Below, one piece after another: positions 55,694 through 64,000 of a stretch of DNA of 64,000 bases. This DNA is from Clostridia bacterium (lineage in GTDB: Bacteria > Bacillota > Clostridia > TANB77 > CAG-508): the NCBI GenBank assembly GCA_022792395.1, contig JAAWAX010000014.1:81-64080 (forward strand), read 5' to 3'. The position numbers and the translations under genes were made by a program. The notes beneath the pieces are model-generated. The model saw only the letters and a list, made by a program, of their open reading frames with translations. It was not told the origin of the DNA and did not search any database. How positions within the stretch are numbered: the stretch's first letter is position 1; each line of letters begins with the position of its first letter.

Positions 55694-56023
55694 ATGGAAA
55701 TAAAAGAAAAAATAAGAAAAGTTTATCAAAAAAACAATATCATTGTAAACCATGAAACAGTAGAAGCAATTATGCAAGATAAGGTAAGAACAGAAGGATT
55801 AATGAGACTATACAAGAAAGAAGAAATTGAATCAATGAATTACATCTTTGGGAAAGACAGAGAAAATAAACAATTTACAGAATTTGAATTAGAATTAGCA
55901 TCAAAAGTAAATTTATTTAATAGAAAAGTAGTTGAAATATATAGGGAACTTTATAAGAATAGAAATAATGATGAAAAATCAAGAGAAATATTAGAAAATA
56001 TTAAAATGGAGGTAAATGTATAA
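55694..56023 (+). CDS. Hypothetical protein in the antirepressor operon
   Basis: SD aaggagg; 109 aa. Confidence 0.45.
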   Translation: MEIKEKIRKVYQKNNIIVNHETVEAIMQDKVRTEGLMRLYKKEEIESMNYIFGKDRENKQFTEFELELASKVNLFNRKVVEIYRELYKNRNNDEKSREILENIKMEVNV

Positions 56024-56763
56024 TGAAAAATTTAGAATTAGTAAAAAAGGAAAGATTTGGAGAAGTAGAATGTGATTTTTATAGAAATGATAAGGGAGAT
56101 ATTTTTATAACTAGAAATCAAATAGGAAGGGCATTAGAATATAGTGAACCTAATACAGCTATCACAAAATTGCATAAACGATATAAAAATAGATTAGATA
56201 AATTTTCAGTACATACCAATATGGTAGGTACTGATGGGAAAATGTACAATACATGCATATATAATGCAAAAGGAATTTATGAAATATGTAGACATAGTGA
56301 ACAATCAAAGGCAGATGATTTTTATGATTGGGTATATGATATTTTAGAGTCATTAAGAAAAGGCGAAAACACAATAATAAAAACGACAGAATATCAAAAA
56401 TTAACAGCAGAAGCAAAACTAAATAATTCAAGAGCAAGAATGGCAAGTGTACTAATGAAGATAGCAAATAATACACAAATACCAGAATATAAGCAAGTAT
56501 GTTGTTCATATGCAAGTGCTGTGATAGCTGGAAAGCCAATTATTCCATTACCAGAAGTAAATAAGAAAACATATTCAGCAACAGAAATAGGAAATATACT
56601 TGGGGTAAGTGCTAATAGAATAGGAATATTAGCGAATAGAAATAATTTAAAAACAGAGGAATATGGCAAGAAATTTTATGATAAATCAAGATATAGCAAT
56701 AAAGAAGTAGAAACTTTTAGATATTACGAAAATGCTATACAAAAATTTAAAGAATTAGTATAA
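56023..56763 (+). CDS. Phage antirepressor-like protein (Bro-N/Rha-type N-terminal domain + C-terminal DNA-binding domain)
   Basis: ..FGEVECDFYRNDKGDIFITRNQIGRALEY... ATGA coupling with the upstream gene. Confidence 0.5.
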   Translation: MKNLELVKKERFGEVECDFYRNDKGDIFITRNQIGRALEYSEPNTAITKLHKRYKNRLDKFSVHTNMVGTDGKMYNTCIYNAKGIYEICRHSEQSKADDFYDWVYDILESLRKGENTIIKTTEYQKLTAEAKLNNSRARMASVLMKIANNTQIPEYKQVCCSYASAVIAGKPIIPLPEVNKKTYSATEIGNILGVSANRIGILANRNNLKTEEYGKKFYDKSRYSNKEVETFRYYENAIQKFKELV

Positions 56764-56829
56764 AAATGTAAAAAAATTGAAAAAGTTTACAAATTTTGAC
56801 AACAAACGACAAAAGGAAAGTGTTATACT
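56762..56829 (+). promoter_or_regulatory. Conserved ~68-nt upstream element of accessory genes (copy B)
   Basis: About 85% identical by eye to 18365-18432. Confidence 0.5.
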
Positions 56830-56858
56830 CTCTGTATATTAAAAAAGGAGGGGATTAC

Positions 56859-57470
56859 ATGGAAAGTTTGCTTGAAAAACTAAAAACGTTTATTAAAGAA
56901 AAATCTCTATTAGTATCAAGTATACTAGCAATTATTATAATTATAATGTTTGCAACAATAATAGGAACAAGTGGGCAAAAAGAAACACTAGAGAAACAAT
57001 ACCATGAATTACAAGCAAAATCAGAGGAGACATCACAAAGCTTACAAACGCAAATTAAAGAAAAAGACAGCAAAATAACAGATAACGAGAAAAAAATAAC
57101 AGAATTACAACAAGAAGAAAAAATTAATGAAATTAACGAGAGTATAAAAACTCTTGAAAGTGAAAAACAGAAGCTAGAAGAAGAAAAGAGTGCGTTAGAA
57201 GGCGAGAAACAAACACTAACTACACAAATTGAAGAACTAAAGAAAACCTCTTCAATATTAACAGAAAGAAAAAATGCCAAAGTATCGACAAGCAGTAACA
57301 CCAATGTGACAACTACTGCACAAAACACAAATTCAGCAATAGTTTATGTGACAAACACAGGGAAAAAATATCATCAATCTAGTTGTTCGTATCTTAAAAA
57401 GAGTAAAATTCAAATAAGTTTATCAGAGGCACAGAGTCAAGGATATACTGCTTGTAGTAAGTGTTATTAA
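56859..57470 (+). CDS. Membrane-anchored coiled-coil protein with a C-terminal Cys4 (Ada-Zn-like) motif (accessory/moron)
   Basis: SD aaggagggg. One TM helix. The C-terminus is GKKYHQSSCSYLKKSKIQISLSEAQSQGYTACSKC. Confidence 0.5.
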   Translation: MESLLEKLKTFIKEKSLLVSSILAIIIIIMFATIIGTSGQKETLEKQYHELQAKSEETSQSLQTQIKEKDSKITDNEKKITELQQEEKINEINESIKTLESEKQKLEEEKSALEGEKQTLTTQIEELKKTSSILTERKNAKVSTSSNTNVTTTAQNTNSAIVYVTNTGKKYHQSSCSYLKKSKIQISLSEAQSQGYTACSKCY

Positions 57471-57482
57471 AGGGAGGTTATT

Positions 57483-57842
57483 ATGAAGGATATAATAAAG
57501 AAATGGTGGTTTTGGGCTATTGCTATAGTAGTTCTAATTATAATATTTTTTTGTATATACATGATTAATAATAACTCAACTTTTAATAATTACAAAAATC
57601 AATCAATATCAATCTTAAATGATTATAAAAAAGGAAAAATAACAAGAGAAGATGCAAAAGAAAAAATTGAAGCAATATCTAATAAAACAAATAAAGATTA
57701 TACAAATGATGACACATCAAAGACATTATTTCTGTCTAGTAAGTTACAAACTATAGAAAGGGATTTGTCAAAGGGGGAATTGAGCGATACTGAAGTAAAC
57801 AATTATATAAAAGAAATAGAAGAAATAAAAGAAATTAAATAA
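57483..57842 (+). CDS. Small membrane protein (accessory/moron)
   Basis: TM WWFWAIAIVVLIIIFFCIYMI. Confidence 0.45.
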   Translation: MKDIIKKWWFWAIAIVVLIIIFFCIYMINNNSTFNNYKNQSISILNDYKKGKITREDAKEKIEAISNKTNKDYTNDDTSKTLFLSSKLQTIERDLSKGELSDTEVNNYIKEIEEIKEIK

Positions 57843-57860
57843 TTAATAAAAATATAAAAA

Positions 57861-57883
57861 CACTTACTAATGTAAGTGTTTTT
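57861..57883 (+). terminator. Cassette terminator
   Basis: cacttac-taat-gtaagtg + T5, the same family as 17591 and 18332. Confidence 0.6.
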
Positions 57884-57908
57884 ATTATGAGTAAAAGGAG
57901 GAATATTG

Positions 57909-60900
57909 ATGGCAGTAGCTCGGAAGCTTAACGTATTATACAAAAATAGATAAAAGTGGATTTGAAAAAGGATTAAATTCGTTAAAGAGTTCATCAAACA
58001 AAGCTTCACAATTAATTAAAACTGCTATTGGAACAATTACAACTGCAATAATTGGAATTGGAACATATGCAACAAAAGTAGGAAGTGATTTTGAAGCTGG
58101 CATGTCAAAAGTAAAAGCTATTTCTGGGGCAACAGCTGAAGAAATTGAGAAATTAACAGAAAAAGCAAAAGAAATGGGACAGAAAACAAAATTTAGTGCG
58201 ACAGAAAGTGCAGAGGCTTTCCAATACATGGCAATGGCTGGTTGGAAAACAGAGGATATGCTAAATGGTATTGAAGGTATAATGAATTTGGCGGCGGCCT
58301 CTGGAGAAGATTTAGCAAGTGTTTCTGACATTGTAACAGATGCATTGACCGCTTTTGGATTGCAAGCTAAAGATAGTGGACATTTTGCAGATGTTTTGGC
58401 AAAAGCAAGTTCTAATTCTAACACGAATGTAGGGTTAATGGGCGAGACTTTTAAATACGTAGCCCCATTAGCTGGAAGTATGAAATATAGTGTTGAGGAT
58501 ACAGCAGTTGCAATTGGATTGATGGCAAATGCTGGAATTAAAGGAAGTCAAGCGGGAACAGCTTTGAGGTCTATGCTAACAAGACTTGTTAAGCCTCCAA
58601 AGGACGCGGCACAAGCATTAACAGCTTTGAATATATCAGCTAAAAATTCAGATGGAACAATGAAACCATTATCACAAACATTACAAGAATTAAGAACAAA
58701 GTTTTCAAAATTAAGCGATAGTCAAAAATCAAGTTATGCAGCATCCATAGCAGGGCAAGAAGCTATGTCTGGAATGCTTGCTATTGTAAATGCAAGCGAT
58801 GATGATTTTAATAAATTAACTGAATCAATTAGAAATTCAGATGGTGCTTCGAAAGAAATGGCAGATACAATGAACGACAACGTAAAAGGAGCATTGACAT
58901 TACTGAAAAGCAATATAGAAAGTGTAGGAATAAAACTATATGACAAAATAAAAGAACCTTTAAAAAAGTTAATTAATGAAGTTAGTAAATATGTCAGTAA
59001 GATTCCAACACTATTAAAAAATGTATATAATTGGGTAAATAAAAACAAAGATGCTTTGAAAACATTAGTTAAGATAGTTGCTTCTGTGACTGCTGGATAT
59101 TTGGCATATAAGACTACATTAGTAGCAATAACAGCAATACAAACAGCAAAAAATATATTAGGAACTGTTTCAGCATTTTTAAGTTTAATTCCTTCAATTA
59201 AATCAGCAAAAGATGCAATGTTGTTGTTTAACATGGTATGCAATGTAAATCCAGTTGCTTTGGTTGTTGCAGGGATTACAGCACTAACAGTGGGGATAGG
59301 TGCGAGTATAATAGCAATTGACAAAGAAAGAAGGTCTTTAGGAGGATTAAAAGAAGAAGTAGATTCGCAAAAAAAATCTTGGGAAGAATTGAAAAAGACA
59401 AGAGAAGAAAGCTTGGAAAGTAGTAATATTGAAATTGCAATTACTGAAAAATTAGCAGATGAACTAAAACAAATGACAGATGAGAATGGAAAGGTAAAAG
59501 AGGGTTATGAAAATAGAGCTGAATATATATTAACAGAACTAAATAAGGCATTAGGAACTGAATATACAATGAATGGTAATATTATTAATCAATATGATGA
59601 ATTGAAAAATAATATTGACCAACTGATTGCAAAGAAGAAGGCAGAAGCAACCTTAAATGTCTATAAATCGGAATATGAAACTGCAATGACAAAACAAAGT
59701 GAAGCAACAAAAACACTAACAGGATTAAGGCAAAAATATAATGAAGAGTTAAATAGAACTACAAATGGATATAAAGAAGCACAAGAAAAATCAAGAAATT
59801 TACAATATATAGGGCAACAGATAGAAGAACAAACAAAATTGATAGGAGAATATGGATATACAATACAAAACTACGAAACATTAACTAGTGCTAGTATTAG
59901 TGGAAATGCAGAAGAAATAAATAAAGCTATTAAAAATATGGGGATTTCTTATGATGAGATGAAAAATAAGACAAATTCATCTTTGACTGAACAAATCAAC
60001 TCTCAAACTAATTACGTTGACTTATTGAGACAAAGTTGGAGAGATGCAGTATTTGATAACGATACGTTTCAATCACAAATATTACAAACGCAACTAGAAA
60101 CACAAGAACAAGAATTAAATAATTTAGCGAAATCTTTAGCACAACAAACATCAACAATAAATGAATTATCAGAAGAGGAAAAGCAAGCTTGGAACAATCT
60201 GGCAAGTAAAAGTATAACAGCTTACAATGAGGGGTTATCAACATTAGATAAAGATACAAGAAAAAAAGTTGAGCAAGCGACTGGATTGATTGTTAATGAG
60301 GTGGAATTACCAAATGGTACAAAACAATTAGCTTATAAAGCAGCTGAAGGTTTTGAATTAAATTACGATATTGATGGAAAAGTATCAGCAAAATTAATAG
60401 ATACAAGCAATGCATTGCAAACAGATACAAGAGTAAGTAATGCTTCAAAAATTCTTGCTACTAATGCCAATGAAGGTTTTAATAACAATGTAGATGGTAA
60501 AAAATGGGGGCAAGATTTAAGTGATAATATATCTAGTGGAATGCAATCACAAGCATCAAAAACAAAAATAACTGGAGCTGCTACATCAATAGGTAGCTGG
60601 ATTAAATCAATCATAGGACATTCAGTTCCGAAAGCAGGACCATTGAAAGATGAATTAACATATATGCCAGATATGATTGACAATTTAGTAGAAGGAATTG
60701 AAAAAAACAAATACAAAGTAGTAAGTGCAACAAGTAAATTAGCTGAAGATATGAAGAAGAGCTTTGAAATAGAAAAGATAAACGATGAAATATATAGGAA
60801 ACTTCAAAACGCAATAGCAATCGAAAACGCATCTATAACAGCAAAAGCAACATTAGAAGCAAATAAATCACAACCAACGATAATAGCAAGAGATCACACA

Positions 60901-61005
60901 ACAACCATAAACAATACGCAACAATTCTATTCTAAAGAATCAACACCTTACGAAGAACAAAAACAAGCAAAACAACAATTAAGGAGGTTAGCATATGAAT
61001 TATAA
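57909..61005 (+). CDS. Tail tape measure protein; needs a +1 shift at the in-frame CGG at 57921
   Basis: GGAGG sits 8 nt before ATG 57909. Reading 57909-57920 then 57922-61005 gives MAVA-G-SLTYYTKIDKSGFEKGLNSLK...GSDFEAGMSKVKAISGAT... The internal ATG at 58102 has no SD. Confidence 0.8.
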
Positions 61006-61846
61006 TCATAACTTAATCTTTAAAAGCAATAAAAAAGAACTAGAAATGAATGACAAAACAGATATAAAAGTAATAGACATACAAGGAATAGAAGCAAGTT
61101 CTTATACAATCAATACCGCACAATCAGAGCAAGATGGTTCAACGGTAACATCGGTAAAAATAGAAGCACGAGAAATAACCATAACTGGGGATATTGAAAA
61201 AAACGAAAGCGAACTAGTAAATAGAGAAAAGCTAATAAGATTCTTTAATCCAAAGCAAGAAGGGGAAATAATTATTACTAGAAACAATATTTCAAGGAAG
61301 ATACAATATAGAGTATCTTCTTTAGATTTTATTACGAATAAGATGTATGAGTGTATTGACTTTACTTTAGTATTAGAAAGCACAGAAGAACCATATTTTT
61401 CAGATGCAAAGAATAGTGGGAATTATTTAACTGCGGTAAGTCCACAATTTACATTTCCACTTATTATCAGTCCAACAAAGATTATGGGATATAGAACATT
61501 TAAACCAGTTATGCCTCTTGTAAACGATGGTGACAAAGAAACTGGTATAGAAATCATAGTAACCGCAAAACGTGGGAAAATGGACAATATAAAGCTGATT
61601 TTAAATAATAACGAATATATAAAAGTAAATGTAACACTAAATCAATGGGATGAATTAAGAATAAATACAAATCCACGCAAAAAATCAGTTATGCTAAATG
61701 GTGTAAACATTATAAACAAAATAGATAGAAATAGTACATTTTTTAACTTAAAAATAGGAAAAAACATTTTAAAATATGAATGTGAAAATGGAAATACAAA
61801 CATAGATATAGATGTACAATTTTATAGAAAATATTTAGGAGTGTAA
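60995..61846 (+). CDS. Distal tail protein (Dit-like)
   Basis: 283 aa, directly after the tape measure. Confidence 0.55.
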   Translation: MNYNHNLIFKSNKKELEMNDKTDIKVIDIQGIEASSYTINTAQSEQDGSTVTSVKIEAREITITGDIEKNESELVNREKLIRFFNPKQEGEIIITRNNISRKIQYRVSSLDFITNKMYECIDFTLVLESTEEPYFSDAKNSGNYLTAVSPQFTFPLIISPTKIMGYRTFKPVMPLVNDGDKETGIEIIVTAKRGKMDNIKLILNNNEYIKVNVTLNQWDELRINTNPRKKSVMLNGVNIINKIDRNSTFFNLKIGKNILKYECENGNTNIDIDVQFYRKYLGV

Positions 61847-61847
61847 A

Positions 61848-62912
61848 ATGGAATTATTATTGTTAGATAAGAATTTTCAAATATGTGGATTAGTAGATGA
61901 TTTTTCTAGTTTAGTATGGAATCGAAAATATTATGAATGTGGTAATTTTAGTTTGCAAACAGATATAAAATACTTAAATCAGTTTAAAAATGCTAAATAT
62001 GTATATCATAAAGATTTTTCAGAGACTGGAATATTAGAGACATTTAACTATAAAGATACAACAACTGGTGTACAAACTATATTTACAGGAAGATTTTTAG
62101 AAAGTATATTAGCACAAAGAGTAATTGATAAGACACAATATTTCTATAATCTAACAACAGAAAAGATTATACGCAATTTAGTTAGTACATTTGCTATTAA
62201 TTCGACTGGAAGAGTAATAAAAAATCTAAAATTAGGACAATTAAAAGGATTGGGGCAGAATCGAACTTTACAGATGACTGGTGACAACTTACTAACTAAA
62301 ATATATGAACTTTGTAAAGAGGAAGAGTTGAGCATAAAAGCTAGATATGATTTTGATAATAATCAAATAGTACTTGAAGTTTGGCAAGGATTAGATAGGA
62401 CAGATACGCAAGATAAAAATACATGGGCAATATTCTCTAGGAATTTTGAGAACATTTTGCAAGATGAATATTCTACAGATACAACAAAATATTGTAATTT
62501 TGTTTATGTAGCTGGAGAAGAAAAGGCAGAAAACAGAGTTATAGTGGAAGTGAATCGAATCAAAGAGAATGAAGAACGTAGGGAATTATATGTTGATGCA
62601 AGAGATTTACAAAAAGATGAAAATACAACAGAGGCAGAATACAAACAAATATTAACAGAAAGAGGAATTGAAAAGCTAAATGAAAACAATAAGATTGAAA
62701 CAGTAAACTTTAATATAAACCCTTTGGCAAATCTAAATTATAAAAAAGACTTTGATTTAGGGGATAAAGTAATCTATAAAAACGAACAGTTAAACTTCAA
62801 TATTGAAAATAGAATTATTGGAATATCGGAAGTTTATGAAAATGGTAATAGAACAATAGATGTGACATTTGGAGAAGATTTTAATATAAAAAAGATAAAG
62901 GAGATGATATAG
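61848..62912 (+). CDS. Tail tip protein (siphovirus Gp37-like family)
   Basis: The N-terminus MELLLLDKNFQICGLVDDFSSLVWNRKYYECGNFSL is typical of that family. Confidence 0.5.
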   Translation: MELLLLDKNFQICGLVDDFSSLVWNRKYYECGNFSLQTDIKYLNQFKNAKYVYHKDFSETGILETFNYKDTTTGVQTIFTGRFLESILAQRVIDKTQYFYNLTTEKIIRNLVSTFAINSTGRVIKNLKLGQLKGLGQNRTLQMTGDNLLTKIYELCKEEELSIKARYDFDNNQIVLEVWQGLDRTDTQDKNTWAIFSRNFENILQDEYSTDTTKYCNFVYVAGEEKAENRVIVEVNRIKENEERRELYVDARDLQKDENTTEAEYKQILTERGIEKLNENNKIETVNFNINPLANLNYKKDFDLGDKVIYKNEQLNFNIENRIIGISEVYENGNRTIDVTFGEDFNIKKIKEMI

Positions 62913-64000
62913 TTGAGAAGTGGATTTTTTAATTCAGAAATAATTGGGTATGATGCAGAAAACATGCCAGTATTTGATAGAGCTGAAGAGGCTTCTTTTT
63001 TTGCTAAATATTTTAGTCAGTTTATTTCAAATGGAGTGTTTCCTAACCCATCAACTAATATGCAAGTGTTAGCTACAGAAGGAATGCAAGTGAAGGTTTC
63101 CATTGGTGTATGCTATATAAATGGATATATGGGGTGGGTAGAACCAGCTGAAACACTTGAAATAGAAGAAAGCGATACAAGGTCAAGAATAGATAGAATA
63201 GTAGCTAGATTAGATTTTACAGATAGAAGTATAAAGCTATTTGTAAAAAAAGGAACGGCATCTGGTAATCCAGTAGCACCAGAATTACAGAGAGATTATG
63301 ACATATATGAGATTGGATTAGCAGATGTTAGAGTAAATGCAAATGCAATCGAAATAACCCAAGAAAATATAACAGACTTAAGGTTAAACACAGAATTATG
63401 TGGTATCGTAGCTAATCATTTACAACATTTAGATACTACTACATTATTTAATCAATATCAAGATTGGTTAAATAGAGTAACAAACGAAGCAGAAACAGAT
63501 TTAGCAGAAAAGAAACAAGAAATGGAAACAAGATTCAACAATATAATAGCTGGATTTTCACAAAATTTTGATGAATGGTTTCAAGATGTTCAAACTACTT
63601 TGAGTGGAGATGTAGCTGGTAATTTATTAGTAAAAATTAATAACATAGATGAAAGAGTAAAGGTTTTAGAAAAACGAATTTATGGAGTAAGAAGAAACAT
63701 AGAAACACCAGACACAACATGGGAAAGAATAGAGGATAGTGTTGGATTAACAGCAAATGCAACACATGATGGAACGGTAGTGCAAAACGATTTTGATAAT
63801 ATTTATCCGTGGTCAGATATAATTTCTTGTGATGTTAGTGCAGATGGAACAATTAACAGCTATTATGGAGACCCAGATTTTTCTTTTGAAAATCCACAAG
63901 GATATATTATGACAAAATTCCCAGAATTTTGGTGGAAAAGAGAACAAAAGGATGGGTATGAATATATTTATATCTCTAAAACAGAAGAAAAAGGATTTAG
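62913..64000 (+). CDS. Tail fibre / receptor-binding structural protein (partial, continues beyond the window)
   Basis: TTG start immediately after the upstream stop. It is open to the window end. N-terminus LRSGFFNSEIIGYDAENMPVFDRAEEASFFAKYFSQFISNGVF. Confidence 0.5.
   Translation, partial: MRSGFFNSEIIGYDAENMPVFDRAEEASFFAKYFSQFISNGVFPNPSTNMQVLATEGMQVKVSIGVCYINGYMGWVEPAETLEIEESDTRSRIDRIVARLDFTDRSIKLFVKKGTASGNPVAPELQRDYDIYEIGLADVRVNANAIEITQENITDLRLNTELCGIVANHLQHLDTTTLFNQYQDWLNRVTNEAETDLAEKKQEMETRFNNIIAGFSQNFDEWFQDVQTTLSGDVAGNLLVKINNIDERVKVLEKRIYGVRRNIETPDTTWERIEDSVGLTANATHDGTVVQNDFDNIYPWSDIISCDVSADGTINSYYGDPDFSFENPQGYIMTKFPEFWWKREQKDGYEYIYISKTEEKGF

Larger units (their letters stand above)
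28616..64000. mobile_element. Siphovirus prophage (integrase to tail fibre), right end beyond the window
   Basis: A tyrosine integrase gene lies 82 nt from the tRNA-Gly 3' end. Lysogeny, replication, late-regulator, packaging, head and tail modules follow in canonical order. Confidence 0.9.

Noticed and set aside
55537-55755. 72-aa ORF spanning the RHH stop and the next gene start
   Set aside because: It overlaps two better-supported genes and an intergenic hairpin, and it has no SD. Its in-frame CGG at 55579 is therefore not counted as evidence either way.
58734-59324. Long antisense ORFs inside structural genes (for example 58734-59324, 57936-58424, 24899-25336, 20375-20815, 56855-57328, 40761-41180 and 30035-30403)
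   Set aside because: These are shadow ORFs opposite strongly coding, purine-rich sense strands. They give low-complexity hydrophobic translations, lack SD sequences and are fully contained in better-supported genes.

Overview
This is a very AT-rich segment from a low-GC Firmicute (Clostridia-like) and is almost entirely mobile DNA.

**Layout**
- 1-9336: right-hand part of an integrated element. It carries a 1340-aa SMEK/P-loop STAND-like NTPase, a HaeIII-like (probably GGCC) type II R-M pair, a sigma-r4-like regulator and five degenerate ~60-bp tandem repeats. It ends in a large serine recombinase and is inserted into an M14 peptidase gene.
- 10045-10403: ssrA (tmRNA).
- 10404-28497: an 18-kb phage-derived element in the ssrA 3' end, bounded by 20-bp direct repeats. 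It has immunity genes, a late regulator, a complete siphovirus tail and lysis genes, but no integrase, terminase, portal or capsid.
- 28542-28615: one tRNA-Gly.
- 28616 onward: a siphovirus prophage of more than 35 kb, running from integrase to tail fibre and off the window.

**Main observation**
- Ten genes are interrupted by a +1 frame change, and every break sits on a zero-frame CGG followed by GGA or GGT.
- Skipping the C restores a collinear protein with Gly at the junction.
- The adjacent tRNA-Gly(UCC) is a variant with G37 and a remodelled anticodon stem. Its nucleotides 34-37 (UCCG) are complementary to CGGA.
- This could be a CGG-directed +1 or quadruplet recoding system. It could also be a systematic sequence artefact. 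The sequence alone cannot decide, and explicit tests are listed.

**Other notable items**
- GGCC is strongly depleted.
- Accessory-gene cassettes with conserved flanks sit just upstream of the tape-measure gene in both phage elements.
- The prophage has an immI-like antirepressor module, and its LexA-like repressor lacks the catalytic Ser.
- The prophage also carries an ADP-ribosyltransferase fused to the minor head protein and a tandem DUF2829 (Tad2-like) protein.

All function calls come from motif recognition by eye. No searches were run.
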